NCBI GenBank assembly: GCA_030753015.1
Contig: JASMDC010000006.1
Span: 1-64,000, forward strand
Source of the DNA: Candidatus Undinarchaeales archaeon
GTDB lineage: Archaea; SpSt-1190; JASMDC01
DNA: 64,000 bases
Reading direction: 5' to 3'
Positions 37,381 through 48,021 of this stretch are shown here, one piece after another. The position numbers were made by a program, and so were the translations under genes. Numbering within the stretch: the stretch's first letter is position 1; each line of letters starts with the position of its first letter. The notes beneath the pieces were generated by a model. That model saw only the letters and a list, made by a program, of their open reading frames with translations. It ran no database searches and was not told the DNA's origin.

Positions 37381-39889
37381 AGATTTACCTAGAGAACAGA
37401 AGTTCGTACTGTGGTTCGATGAACTGCGCAACACAGACGTCCCCCTGGTGGGCGGCAAGTCCGCCTCGCTTGGGGAGATGACATCCCAGACCAAGGTTCC
37501 TGTCCCCTACGGGTTCGCGACCACAGCGGCCGCATATGAGGTCTTTCTCAAGAAGAGTGGCCTGCGGGAAACAATCGCCAAGATACTCTCGCAGCTCACG
37601 GATCCCGAGGACTCCCAGATGCTCCAGAAGGTGGGCGAGGAACTCCGCGAGACCGTGAAGTCCGCTGATATCCCCCCCGAACTGGCCGAGGCCTTCCGCA
37701 AGGCCTACCTCGAGCTCGCTGCCAAGTACCAGGCGCAGACCGGTACTACGGACCTTCCTTATGTGGCGGTCCGGTCGAGCGCCACCGCCGAGGACCTGCC
37801 TGACGCATCCTTTGCTGGACAGCAGGAGACCTATCTCAACGTCCTTGGCGCCGAGCAGGTCATCGAGCTTGTGAAGCACTGCTACGCGTCGCTCTTCACC
37901 GACCGCGCGATCTACTACCGCGTACAGAAGGGTTTCGAGCACATGGATGTGGCCCTCTCTGCAGTGGTCCAGCTCATGGTGTACTCAAAGTCCGCCGGTG
38001 TGATGTTCACCCTCAATGTGTCTAACGGCAACCGGGACCAAGTGGACATCGAGGCCGCTTACGGCCTGGGCGAGTACGTGGTCCAGGGCAAGGTATCCCC
38101 GGATAACTACACCGTGTCCAAGTCCACCGGTCAGATCGTGGACAGGGACGTCAACATCCAGAACGTCCAGCTCATCCGCAAGCCCGAAGGAGGCGTGCTG
38201 GAGGTCAAGGTGTCCCCGGAGGACAGTAAGTCTCAGGTGCTCACCGACGATCAGATCCTGGAGCTCGCCAGCTACGCCAGGAAGATCGAGGACCACTACG
38301 GTCGACATATGGACATCGAGTGGGGGCTTGACGAGCGCACCAACCAGCTCTTCATCCTCCAGGCGCGCCCCGAGACCGTGTGGTCCCAGATGCCCGCCCC
38401 AGAGGCGGCCGCTCCCGCCGAGGCCGGAGCCGCTGCTGGCGTTGCCACCACAAGCGAGCGCAACGTCATCGTGAAGGGGACCGCTGCCTCGCCGGGCATG
38501 GTGTTCGGCAAGGCCATGGTGTACCCCAAGGACGAGCTCGAGGAGCAGATGGAGAAGCTCCAGGCAGAGGGCAAGATCAAGGAGGCCGAGCAGCTCGAGA
38601 AGGAGTGGAAGGCCAACGTGCTCAACACCTTCGAGAAGGACACCATCCTCGTCACCGAGATGACCGACCCCGACTGGGTGCCGGCCATGAAGAAGGCGCT
38701 TGCCATCGTGACCAACTCCGGCGGCAAGACCTGCCACGCGGCCATCGTGTCCCGCGAGATGGGCATACCCTGCATCGTGGGAACCTCCAACAAGGGCACA
38801 CGCGTTACCGACATCCTCAAGAACGGCGACATGATAACTGTGGACGCCAGTGCTGGTGTCGTGTACGAGGGTGTTCTGGAAGAGGCCGTGAAGAAGGCCG
38901 AGGCCAAGGCCGCTCCCGCCACGGGTACCGTGGCGGCCGAGTTCTACCAGGCCACGGGCACCAAGGTGTACATGAACCTTGGTAATCCCGACATGGCCGA
39001 GGAGTATGCAAAGCTTCCGTGCGACGGCATCGGTCTAATGCGGGAGGAGTTCATCTGGGGCACCTTCATTGGCAAGCACCCTCTCCACCTCATCGAGATC
39101 GGCCAGGCCAATGTCGTGGTGGAGAAGCTGGCCGAGGGCATCCGCACCGTGGCACAGGCCATGAGCCCCCGCCCCGTGATCCTGCGGCTTGCTGATTTCA
39201 AGTCCAGCGAGTACAGGGATCTCGAGGGAGGCGAGAAGTACGAGCCCAGGGAGCCAGCGCCCCTCCTCGGCTGGCGTGGAGCCTCGCGGTACTACGACGA
39301 AAAGTACATCGAGGCCTTCAAGCTGGAGCTCGAGGCGATCAAGCAGGTGCGCAACGAGTACGGGCTCACCAACGTGCATGTGATGATCCCGTTCTGCCGC
39401 ACTGTCGAGGAGTGCCGCAAGACCGTGACCATCATGGAGGAAAACGGCCTCAAGCGCGGTCCGGACTTCCAGATCTGGGTGATGGCGGAGATCCCCTCCA
39501 ACATCATCCTGGCCGACAAGTTCAACAAGTACGTTGACGGGTACTCCATCGGCTCCAACGACCTGACCATGCTCCTCATGGGGCTGGACCGGGACTCGGA
39601 CACCATCGCCCACATTGCGGACGAGCGGAACCTGGTGGTCAAGCGCGCCATAAAGCACCTCATCGAGGTGGCCCACAAAGAGGGCAAGACCGTGTCCATC
39701 TGCGGGCAGGCGCCGAGCTTCTACCCGAACTTCACGAAGTTCTTGATTAAGTGCGGCATCGACAGCGTGTCGGTGAACCCGGACACCGTGAAGGCGACCA
39801 AGAACCTCGTTGCGGCCGTGGAGCAGCGAATCCTTCTGGACACTGCAACCGGCAAGGGCCTCGCGGACGATCCGGACCTTGTGTGGTAG
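37373..39889 (+). CDS. ppsA: Phosphoenolpyruvate synthase
   Basis: VGGK..SLGEM, AVRSSATAEDLPDASFAGQQET, LQARPET, GGKTCHAAIVSRE, SIGSNDLT, ICGQAPS. Confidence 0.96.
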   Translation: MPEDLPREQKFVLWFDELRNTDVPLVGGKSASLGEMTSQTKVPVPYGFATTAAAYEVFLKKSGLRETIAKILSQLTDPEDSQMLQKVGEELRETVKSADIPPELAEAFRKAYLELAAKYQAQTGTTDLPYVAVRSSATAEDLPDASFAGQQETYLNVLGAEQVIELVKHCYASLFTDRAIYYRVQKGFEHMDVALSAVVQLMVYSKSAGVMFTLNVSNGNRDQVDIEAAYGLGEYVVQGKVSPDNYTVSKSTGQIVDRDVNIQNVQLIRKPEGGVLEVKVSPEDSKSQVLTDDQILELASYARKIEDHYGRHMDIEWGLDERTNQLFILQARPETVWSQMPAPEAAAPAEAGAAAGVATTSERNVIVKGTAASPGMVFGKAMVYPKDELEEQMEKLQAEGKIKEAEQLEKEWKANVLNTFEKDTILVTEMTDPDWVPAMKKALAIVTNSGGKTCHAAIVSREMGIPCIVGTSNKGTRVTDILKNGDMITVDASAGVVYEGVLEEAVKKAEAKAAPATGTVAAEFYQATGTKVYMNLGNPDMAEEYAKLPCDGIGLMREEFIWGTFIGKHPLHLIEIGQANVVVEKLAEGIRTVAQAMSPRPVILRLADFKSSEYRDLEGGEKYEPREPAPLLGWRGASRYYDEKYIEAFKLELEAIKQVRNEYGLTNVHVMIPFCRTVEECRKTVTIMEENGLKRGPDFQIWVMAEIPSNIILADKFNKYVDGYSIGSNDLTMLLMGLDRDSDTIAHIADERNLVVKRAIKHLIEVAHKEGKTVSICGQAPSFYPNFTKFLIKCGIDSVSVNPDTVKATKNLVAAVEQRILLDTATGKGLADDPDLVW

Positions 39890-39911
39890 ATCGAGCGTAG
39901 AACCTGAAGAA

Positions 39912-39949
39912 GGGGAGGGGCTTTGGCCCCTCCCCGACCTTTCTTTTTC
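39912..39949 (+). terminator. GC hairpin plus T-rich tail
   Basis: GGGGAGGGGC-TTTG-GCCCCTCCCC then CCTTTCTTTTTC. Confidence 0.75.
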
Positions 39950-40003
39950 AAGTTGTTACAGGTTACGTAAAGCTTCTCTGTCGCTTGTGTGCGGCGTTAG
40001 TGC

Positions 40004-40891
40004 TCAAGCGGAGATGAGGGACCGGAACTCGTCGGGCGCGAGCTCACCCGTACTGTCTACCTCGCAGCGAGCGCGTTGCGTCACCTCGTTCGAGGCGTTG
40101 AACCAGTCCACATACGTCATGGTGAACTCGTGCTCGGCTGGATCCTCGGGGACGACCGTCGTCTCCGGAGCGGCGTACCCGAATCCCGCTGTGCGAAGGG
40201 AACGGTCGCTGCGCACCATGAAGTTGTTCGTAGTACCCGTATCGAGATAGACGCCTTCAGAGCGAAGGGAGTCGAAGAGCCCGACCGCCTTCCCGTCCCG
40301 TTCCACGCGCAGTCGCTTCCCGTCAATGACGGCATCATCGTTCCACATTTGCATGTGACCGCCGTGCTGCGGTGTGTACTCCTGGACGGCGATGTGAAGT
40401 GCGATGTCGTCGTTGTAAGCGACGGTGATGTGACCGTAGAACCGGGGGACGTCCACGCAATGACGGGCAAGAGTGTCCCGCATCGAGGGTGCCGTGGAGA
40501 GGGCATAGTTATTCGCCAGCTCCTCCTCCATGTGCTCGAGCTCGAATGGTGGGGCGTGCCGGTAGAGGTCCTTGAGAGCGCTCACGTGGGAGCTGTCCTC
40601 GTCGCTCTTGAGCCGTTCCTTCGCTTCCGGTGTCCACGATGCATAGACCTTCAGCACCTTCCCAGCGTCCTCGTTCACGAAGGCGCGGCAGTCCTTGCCG
40701 CCACCGAGAAAACGGTAGCTAGGTAAGCGCTCATCGACCAGTTCCTTGACCGCGTCCGAGATAGCGGGAGGTATCTCGTAAGGCAGCCAGGCTCCAGCAG
40801 TGAACTCGTAGTCATTCTGGGCAGCAGCCAACTCTTCAGTGTCCTTGGTACTGTAATCCCCTACAACGTCCTCCAGCGAATAGACGGTCAT
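40004..40891 (-). CDS. Hypothetical protein, possible atypical kinase-like fold
   Basis: FLGGGKD Gly loop, VLKVY, VQEY, D...NNF, YVDW. Confidence 0.55.
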   Translation of the reverse strand: MTVYSLEDVVGDYSTKDTEELAAAQNDYEFTAGAWLPYEIPPAISDAVKELVDERLPSYRFLGGGKDCRAFVNEDAGKVLKVYASWTPEAKERLKSDEDSSHVSALKDLYRHAPPFELEHMEEELANNYALSTAPSMRDTLARHCVDVPRFYGHITVAYNDDIALHIAVQEYTPQHGGHMQMWNDDAVIDGKRLRVERDGKAVGLFDSLRSEGVYLDTGTTNNFMVRSDRSLRTAGFGYAAPETTVVPEDPAEHEFTMTYVDWFNASNEVTQRARCEVDSTGELAPDEFRSLISA

Positions 40892-41058
40892 GATGGTCGA
40901 CACCGGTCGTTACTGCGGGACGTGGATGAATCGCTCTTTTAACGTTTCTCATGGGGTGGGCGAGTGATAAACAAGCGCACGATGAGGGCGCCCCCCCCCT
41001 AACGCAGACCTTCGGCACCGCCGTCATCTTTTTAATACTTCCCGGCCAAACAACGCTC

Positions 41059-42234
41059 ATGAGGTCGGCAGTAATCACCTTGCTGCTCGTTGCACTGCTC
41101 CTTCAACCAGCCCTTGCCATCCCCAGGGCATTGTGGGAGGGTATGGACTGGGGTCGCATCCGACCCCTGTCGGAAGACCCGCAGGACGATCATCGATTCG
41201 GGGACGTGGACATCAAGGCTCTCTACATTACCCACGACAATGAGTACTTGTACATCAAGGTGGACCATCACACACCAGTGCAGCCGACCACCAACTACGA
41301 GTTCGCTCTTGACGTCTTCGAGCCAACGGACGACGTCGTGGGCTACGCAACTAATTTCTTCCCTCGCGGCACGCTGCTCTGGTACGAGACGAAGAACGTG
41401 AACGGGGAGTTCGCACGGGTGCAGGCCCGGCCCGGGGGAGCGGCGATCATGTACCGGGGAACCGAGGTCCAGATCAGGATCCCGCTCAACATCACCAACA
41501 GTAACTATAGATTCAAGGTACAGCTTACTGTTTGGCCCTCCGGCGACTTTGAGGAGGGCTCCGACAGGATGGACAATCCCGAGTGGACCGAGTATCCCCC
41601 GGGAGGAGGGGAAGCAACACCGGTGGCCGTTACGCTCCTTCCTACCGCGACCCCCGCCCCAACGCCCACGCCCGTCCCTGTGTGGCAGGGTGTGAGCTGG
41701 CAAGGGGTCGCCCCGCTGGCCACGGATGCCCAAGGGGACCACGACCTTGGGACCGACCTGCGCTCTCTCTCCATCAAGGAGGACACAGAGTACATCTACC
41801 TCAAGGTCGACCTCCATACCGACAGCAATAATCCGTTCCATATCTACGACATACTGTTCGATACCGACGGTGATGCGCGCGCCGACTACGCTGCTAACAT
41901 CAAGCTGAGCAAGGAGTACCACTTCTACCAGCACGCACCCTCGTTGCGGGAACTGCCCACCGAGGGAATGGCGGTGGTGTTCGGTCGCAATTGGATGCAG
42001 GCACGCATACCCAAGCTCTCGGACCTCAGCGAGTACCGGACAGCGGTGCGTGTATGGCCCGCAGGCACCAATTCACCCCAGGCGGGGGACATGCTATACG
42101 AGACGGGCTGGTCCGAACCTGGTGCCGGTGCTGACAGCGGGGGCGACTCGTCCACCGTCGTCATCATGGGCGTCGTTGTCCTGGTGCTCGCAGTGGCCAT
42201 CATGCTCGGACGCGGGGGCGCACAGCAAGCGTAG
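41059..42234 (+). CDS. Cell-surface protein with two tandem beta-sandwich (DOMON-like) repeats, a PT linker and a C-terminal TM
   Basis: DPQDDH..VDIKALYITHDNEYLYIKVD and DAQGDH..TDLRSLSIKEDTEYIYLKVD. Confidence 0.75.
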   Translation: MRSAVITLLLVALLLQPALAIPRALWEGMDWGRIRPLSEDPQDDHRFGDVDIKALYITHDNEYLYIKVDHHTPVQPTTNYEFALDVFEPTDDVVGYATNFFPRGTLLWYETKNVNGEFARVQARPGGAAIMYRGTEVQIRIPLNITNSNYRFKVQLTVWPSGDFEEGSDRMDNPEWTEYPPGGGEATPVAVTLLPTATPAPTPTPVPVWQGVSWQGVAPLATDAQGDHDLGTDLRSLSIKEDTEYIYLKVDLHTDSNNPFHIYDILFDTDGDARADYAANIKLSKEYHFYQHAPSLRELPTEGMAVVFGRNWMQARIPKLSDLSEYRTAVRVWPAGTNSPQAGDMLYETGWSEPGAGADSGGDSSTVVIMGVVVLVLAVAIMLGRGGAQQA

Positions 42235-42243
42235 GGCAACCCC

Positions 42244-43935
42244 ATGGGAGCGCTCGATCCTCTCACGCTCGTCCCCGTCGTGCTCCATCTCCATATCTGG
42301 GCCCTCGCTCTCGTTCTTGTGCTGCTCGTTCGACGCCACCACCGCGATGTGCTCGACCTTCCTCGCGAGGTCCGTAACTGTCTCCTCCTGTTGGTCTTAG
42401 TAGCTGCGGGGCTCCGTCTCAGCAACCTCGAGGCAGCAGCGATAGTGTACTCGGACGAGTTCGAGGTACTGCTCTCGGCCCGCCACATGCTCGTATACAA
42501 TCGGGTGGGCTATCCTCTGAACCTTCGTCTCCTCCCGCCCGCCCACCGGTCAGGCTACCCCGCCCTAACAACTGTCCCCCTCGCTCTCCTGGGCGGGACC
42601 GACCGAGCGGCAGCCCTTGTATCGGCGATCGCGGGAATCCTGGCAGTTCCTCTGACATTTGCGCTTGTACACCTCCTCTTCCGTGATCCGTGGGGGGCGC
42701 TCGCGGCGGCGGCTCTTGTCGCTCTCAGTCCGGAGCACGTACGCTACTCGATCACAGGGTGGAGTGCAGCATCGTCCTTTACCTTAACGCTCCTGGCCCT
42801 GTTTCTTGCGGTCTATTCATCCCGCCGAGGCCGGATTCTTGCATGGACGGTGGCGGCCGCCATCGCGGCAGGTCTTGCCACTCAGGTGCGCACGGCCGAT
42901 ACCGTGGTCGTTCCCGTTATCGCTCTTTACCTCTGGTATGGGACGGGGGCTCGACGAGCGGCTCTCTTCACAGCAGTGGCGCTGGTGCCCTCTCTCCTCC
43001 TCCTCGCTGCTCTCCCGCCGGGTACAGCGCCAGAGGGTGGGCTCCCCTCTCCTTGGGCCGAGGGCGCCTTCGAGGAGTTCTCTTTCGACAAGGTCCTCCA
43101 AGAGGAATCGGACATCGGCACCAAGGGATCGTTGCCAGGTTACCTCCTCCATGTGTTCGCCGGGGTGCGCTACTGGACGCCCGGGCCGCCTGAGCCGTCG
43201 GCCGATCCCATAATCAGGGTGCTGGGGAACCAGCGGGGTGACGTAGATCCGCTGGTCGTGTGGGCCACCCTTCTGGCCGTCTCAGGTGTGGCAGCGCGAC
43301 CACGACGTGGTCATGTCCTTGTGCTGGGTTATGTACTGACGCTCATCGCAGCCAACAGCTTCTTCGCCTCTGATCCACGTCACGTTCTCAACGCAGTGTG
43401 CCTGCTCCCGGTGCTTACCGGGGCCGGTCTCGGTGCACTCGCGAGCTCGTTCCCGGGTGGTGGTCGGACGGCGGCGGCTCTGCTGGTGATACTGCTCCTC
43501 CGGTTCCATACCCAGGGCACGGCCGTGATGCTCCAGCTCCATGCCGGGAAGGCGGGAGCGGCAGCGGGCCCTCTCGACGACCTATTCTTCCAGAACGCAC
43601 GCATCGGCCGATGGCTGGCCGCATCGCCCTTCAGAGACTGCACCGTGATCTCCTCGATCCCGCTGGCCACTGCGTTCTATACCGGTAGCTCTGCTGTGGA
43701 TATCCGTGCGGCCGCCCGTGATGAAAAGCTACGCGATCGTCTCCGCGCGCTCGCGAGGAGCGAGTGCGTGCTCTATCTGGACACCTGCGCGGACTGGGTT
43801 CCGGCGCAGGAGACGGCGACGGTCAGCCGGACGCTGTCCCTCGAGTTGGCGGCCCGGACGGGTACGTGTCGCTCGTGGACCGATCTCGGTACTGAGCGGG
43901 ACGTCATGCTCTACCGGATGCAGTCTGCGTCCTGA
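42244..43935 (+). CDS. GT-C superfamily (ArnT/PMT-like) glycosyltransferase
   Basis: Multi-TM; SDE motif after the first TM segments; LSP.HVRYS. Confidence 0.75.
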   Translation: MGALDPLTLVPVVLHLHIWALALVLVLLVRRHHRDVLDLPREVRNCLLLLVLVAAGLRLSNLEAAAIVYSDEFEVLLSARHMLVYNRVGYPLNLRLLPPAHRSGYPALTTVPLALLGGTDRAAALVSAIAGILAVPLTFALVHLLFRDPWGALAAAALVALSPEHVRYSITGWSAASSFTLTLLALFLAVYSSRRGRILAWTVAAAIAAGLATQVRTADTVVVPVIALYLWYGTGARRAALFTAVALVPSLLLLAALPPGTAPEGGLPSPWAEGAFEEFSFDKVLQEESDIGTKGSLPGYLLHVFAGVRYWTPGPPEPSADPIIRVLGNQRGDVDPLVVWATLLAVSGVAARPRRGHVLVLGYVLTLIAANSFFASDPRHVLNAVCLLPVLTGAGLGALASSFPGGGRTAAALLVILLLRFHTQGTAVMLQLHAGKAGAAAGPLDDLFFQNARIGRWLAASPFRDCTVISSIPLATAFYTGSSAVDIRAAARDEKLRDRLRALARSECVLYLDTCADWVPAQETATVSRTLSLELAARTGTCRSWTDLGTERDVMLYRMQSAS

Positions 43936-44648
43936 CATCCCTCAGGAGGACGCCGGAGCACGGCCCACGCATCCACGCCGCCCCCGGCCCACCGCGCAAG
44001 CCGATCATCCAGGGTGAGCATGGAGCACAGGAGCCGGTCCGCGAGGTCACGGGACACCAGCGTGGTCACCCGGTGGATTGCCGCTGCCGCGAACGTGATG
44101 AGGTGTCCGCCGGTACCGGTGGCGATTGGCTCGAGGCCGGCCTCTCGGCTGGCCGCCATTAACTCGTCCACATCGAGGTGGGCCTGCCGTTGCCCCACGC
44201 GATCGAAGTGCCTGACGACGGGTCTGAGGGGCAGGATCACCCGCTCCGGCTGGCGTGACACCAGCACGTAGGCGCGTCCTCCGGGCCGGAGCACACGACG
44301 AACCTCGGTAAACAGAGCCACTGGATCCTTGGTGTATTCAAGCACGTGACTCGACACCGCAAACTGGAAGGAATCATCGGCGAAGGGTAGGCGGAGCATA
44401 TCCCCGAGGACTACCGATCCACCACGCCCGGCAAGCACGCGTGTGCCGGCAGGGGAACGGTCCACGCCCACGCACACCACACCCGTCCGCTCCAGGGCAG
44501 AGCAGAGATAGCCTGTCCCACATCCCACGTCCACGAGGGTGTCCCCCGGTCGCGGGTCGAGCCGGTGGCACACTCGCCACACGAGGGTCGCGTCCCATCG
44601 AGAGCGATGCCTCCATGCGGTGTACTTCTCCTCGAAAGGGCCGGCCAC
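43911..44648 (-). CDS. Class I SAM-dependent methyltransferase
   Basis: VDVGCGTG, LPFADDSF, EVRRVLRPGG; GTG 44648 preferred because ATG 44684 lies upstream of the TATA. Confidence 0.82.
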   Translation of the reverse strand: MAGPFEEKYTAWRHRSRWDATLVWRVCHRLDPRPGDTLVDVGCGTGYLCSALERTGVVCVGVDRSPAGTRVLAGRGGSVVLGDMLRLPFADDSFQFAVSSHVLEYTKDPVALFTEVRRVLRPGGRAYVLVSRQPERVILPLRPVVRHFDRVGQRQAHLDVDELMAASREAGLEPIATGTGGHLITFAAAAIHRVTTLVSRDLADRLLCSMLTLDDRLARWAGGGVDAWAVLRRPPEGCQDADCIR

Positions 44649-44661
44649 GTCAGGAGGGGAC

Positions 44662-44682
44662 GGAAATGCTTTATATGCCTTC
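44662..44682. repeat. 21-bp direct repeat, copy 1 (BRE/TATA-like)
   Basis: GGAAATGCTTTATATGCCTTC, identical at 46145-46165. Confidence 0.9.
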
Positions 44683-44764
44683 ATAGTCGGATTGCTTCAT
44701 GCCAGGGGTCCGGGCCGTTCGATCATCGCCAAGGTACGATGGCGGCGGCATCCTCCCTCCCATC

Positions 44765-45841
44765 TCACGAGCTTAGACGCCGCTCAATCCCCTCCCTCAG
44801 AGCATCGGCGACCATCTGGTGGGCCCTGGCGTTAGGATGGTGATCTAGGGGATGCACCCACAGCGTTGAGGCCGTACTGTTCTCGAACACAGGTAGCAGG
44901 TCGATTACCTCGATCCCACGCTCACGGCAGGATGAGGCAATCAGCTCGTGAACATCCCTGAACGGGTAATCATCGAGCTGATGAATGAGGGGAAAGATTA
45001 CGACCATGAACGTGATGTTCTGGCTTTTACTGTATCTTGCCATCTGGTCGATCGATCTCACCGTCCACTTCTTCCACCGCATATTTCTTTCTCCGAGGTA
45101 GAAGGAGCGGTACCATTCCTCGACGACATGTGTATCGCGACGGCTCTCACTCCTCTTTTGGATAAGGTCGTACAGCACGCTGCCCGGGCCTTCGCCCCCT
45201 TCTCCCTTTGGGATCGAGTAGATAAGGTCGTCACCTTTCATTAGGATGGACTCTCGGTTGGTGATGGGATCATCCAGCACAAAACCCAGGATGACCATGT
45301 TCGGCTTGATCAATGGCGCGAGCTTCATCAGCAGACCAGTCTTCTGGTAGACCGTGTATCCTGGGATGCCTGCATTGATCACCTGATTTATCCTACCTGG
45401 AGGGACATTCTCTTCTAGCCCCTCTTCAAGCCTTGCGGGAAAGCTCTCCTCTAACGCGACGCCCTCACCGAAGGTGAACGAGTCACCGATGACGAGAATC
45501 CTATAGGCATCCCCCCCATCGGCGAGGGTACGCTCGGGACCTCGCAATCCCCAGGAGTTGACAAGATAGGTTATCCGGAGGTCGGGTGGGAGGGTGTTAT
45601 AGGGATCGCTGTCGTATATATGAACGAAGCTGCTGTTTGGGATTAGTTCGTACCCGAGCCCGTATTTTGTGGTGCTCCGTAGTGATATGGTCTCCTGCTT
45701 GGGCTCGAGTGGAGCATTGAACAACCGGGCCCCGAGCTCAAGGACGAGGAGGGTGACCACGATGCTGGCCAGGGTCAGGATCAGACGGTTCAGGTACTTC
45801 TCACGGCCCAGCTGGTTCGAGGCGTTCCTTTCAGATTCCAT
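44765..45841 (-). CDS. Membrane-anchored SGNH/GDSL hydrolase family protein
   Basis: NSWGLRG, IGDSFTFG, INAGIPGY, DHHPN..AH; N-terminal TM. Confidence 0.85.
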   Translation of the reverse strand: MESERNASNQLGREKYLNRLILTLASIVVTLLVLELGARLFNAPLEPKQETISLRSTTKYGLGYELIPNSSFVHIYDSDPYNTLPPDLRITYLVNSWGLRGPERTLADGGDAYRILVIGDSFTFGEGVALEESFPARLEEGLEENVPPGRINQVINAGIPGYTVYQKTGLLMKLAPLIKPNMVILGFVLDDPITNRESILMKGDDLIYSIPKGEGGEGPGSVLYDLIQKRSESRRDTHVVEEWYRSFYLGERNMRWKKWTVRSIDQMARYSKSQNITFMVVIFPLIHQLDDYPFRDVHELIASSCRERGIEVIDLLPVFENSTASTLWVHPLDHHPNARAHQMVADALREGIERRLSS

Positions 45842-46144
45842 CGGTGATCGGCTCCATGGGGGGGCCTGAAGGGACCTAGCGTCCCTGGAAGACGTACCAA
45901 TCAGGCCATATAACAAATGTTTTGCGGCATGCTATATATGGTTTTTCTTCCGAGGTGCTTCATCTCGAAACTCATCAATCGGTAGCCCGAGTTCGTCCTA
46001 ATAACCGATGGAACCACCACCGTAGTGCTTTGGTGATACCTCAACGGATAGACCAAAGAAGAGGATACGACCGAGGATAAAGAACCGAGTGAACCGGGGA
46101 AATCACAGCTCAAACACGGTACTTTAGGGATGAAGTCACGTGGT

Positions 46145-46165
46145 GGAAATGCTTTATATGCCTTC
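46145..46165. repeat. 21-bp direct repeat, copy 2
   Basis: Identical to 44662-44682. Confidence 0.9.
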
Positions 46166-46182
46166 GCCGACAGGAGCAACCC

Positions 46183-48018
46183 GTGCGTCGAACAACCGTG
46201 TACCGCGGCCTTTGGGCAATGCTGTTTCTGGCAGCCCTGCTCCGTCTCCCGGCCCTCGACCACAGCCCTCCGGGCCTCACCTTCGACGAGGCCTCCATCG
46301 GGTACGACGCGTGGTCACTGCTCCTCACAGGTCGCGACCACCGCGGGAATCCATGGCCCGTGTACCTTGAGTCCTTCGGCGATTACAAAGACCCGGTGAA
46401 CGTTTATGCCACCATGCCGCTAGTAGCTGTGGTCGGGCTCTCCACGGCTTCGGTCCGCGCGGTCTCAGCACTGTTCGGGATCGCGGGAGTGGCGGCCACG
46501 TACCTGCTTGCGCGGCGTCTCCTAGGACCCCGGGAAGCACGTGTGGCGGCCCTGCTCCTGGCAGTGTGCCCATGGCACGTCCACTTCAGCCGCCTTGCAC
46601 TGGAGCCGGTGCTCCTGCCCTTCTGGACGGCGCTCTCATTGTACCTCCTCATGGGTAAAGGGCGGGAACTAGTGCTTGCAGGGCCAGCTCTGGCACTTGG
46701 GATGTACTCCTACGCTGTAGGGAAGGCCTTTCTCCCACTCCTCGCCTGCGCCGTGCTCGTACTCCGCCGCCGTGAGCTCGCGGGCCAAAAGCGCTATCTC
46801 ATGGCAGGTGTGTTGGCAGCGGCCCTGCTCCTTGCGCCGCTCGTCAGGCTTCACGTCACACATCCTGACCGGGCGGGCGCTCGAATAGGGATGCTATCGA
46901 TCGCATCCGACGAGGTCGTCAGGCTCGACATGGCGCGATTCGGTACGACCTCGCCGCTCGTGGCCACGACGTTCCGCTTCCTGCGTAATTATTCACTCCA
47001 TATAATGCCCTCATTCCTTTTCTTTTCAGGAGATCCCGATCCACTCAACGGCCTTCCCGGGCGTGGCCTCTTGGAACCGGTGACCGCTGTGCTTGCACTC
47101 CTGGGGCTCGGTATCGCCTTACGTGAGCGACGGTGGGCACTTGTGGCGTGGCTCATCATCTTCCCCGTGGCCGGCGCTGCCACGGACATAGAGGTGGCGC
47201 AGGCACGTAGAGCGATCGCCCTCCTACCTCTCCCCCATCTGCTCGCGGCCCATGCTCTCGGCGTATTACGGCGCCGCCATGGCGATAAAGTGGTACTCAT
47301 ACTTGCCTGTCTTCTAGCGCTCTCCTTCGCTACGGTCCAGGCCGAGCGGCTCGTCGACTACCCTGCCGACCCCGATGTGGCACTGGCCACAGGAGAGCCA
47401 CTCCGGAAGGCCCTGGCTGCCATTACACCGGGGACGTCCCTGGCCATTGATCCCGTTATCGAGAACGCCTATGTCCAAGTGCTCTTCCATCGACGCGTAC
47501 TGCCTGATCAGTACTTGTCTAGGGGATGGGATGGGGCCGGGCTCTCCTTCAAGCGGCCCCCACTACCCAAAGGGACCATGCTGCTCACAACCGGAGGCCC
47601 CTTTGCCGTAAGCATAACCGATGTGGACGTACTGGGCCGCACCTGTGGTACGCTCCCCGACGTGTCCCCTTTCGAAGTGGTCGCGGCCCCCGGCGAGCTC
47701 AATATGTCCGTTACTCTGGACCTCCCGGATATCTGTCGGGAGATGGGATTCGAGCTGGACCGGGGTACGACGGGGGTGCTCGAAGTGAGGTTCTTACCCG
47801 TGGAGGGCGGAACGTGCAAGCGACCCTGTGCTGGCCAGTATCGGTCCCTCATCAGTCTCAGCGTACCACCTGGCGAGTACCTTGTTAGAGCATTCTTTGG
47901 CGAAATCCGCCTTGGTGAACGACGGGTGACAGTACTCCCCGCACGACCTCGTGGTAGGACCAAGGTCGCGTTCACTCTGCCTGATGGCTCGGTCGCGCTT
48001 TGGCTCGTGCAACCCTAA
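46183..48018 (+). CDS. GT-C (family 39/ArnT-like) glycosyltransferase
   Basis: PPGLTFDEASIGYDAWSLL.TGRD..G..WP....SFGDYK; PWHVHFSRLALE. Confidence 0.85.
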   Translation: MRRTTVYRGLWAMLFLAALLRLPALDHSPPGLTFDEASIGYDAWSLLLTGRDHRGNPWPVYLESFGDYKDPVNVYATMPLVAVVGLSTASVRAVSALFGIAGVAATYLLARRLLGPREARVAALLLAVCPWHVHFSRLALEPVLLPFWTALSLYLLMGKGRELVLAGPALALGMYSYAVGKAFLPLLACAVLVLRRRELAGQKRYLMAGVLAAALLLAPLVRLHVTHPDRAGARIGMLSIASDEVVRLDMARFGTTSPLVATTFRFLRNYSLHIMPSFLFFSGDPDPLNGLPGRGLLEPVTAVLALLGLGIALRERRWALVAWLIIFPVAGAATDIEVAQARRAIALLPLPHLLAAHALGVLRRRHGDKVVLILACLLALSFATVQAERLVDYPADPDVALATGEPLRKALAAITPGTSLAIDPVIENAYVQVLFHRRVLPDQYLSRGWDGAGLSFKRPPLPKGTMLLTTGGPFAVSITDVDVLGRTCGTLPDVSPFEVVAAPGELNMSVTLDLPDICREMGFELDRGTTGVLEVRFLPVEGGTCKRPCAGQYRSLISLSVPPGEYLVRAFFGEIRLGERRVTVLPARPRGRTKVAFTLPDGSVALWLVQP

Positions 48019-48021
48019 GGC

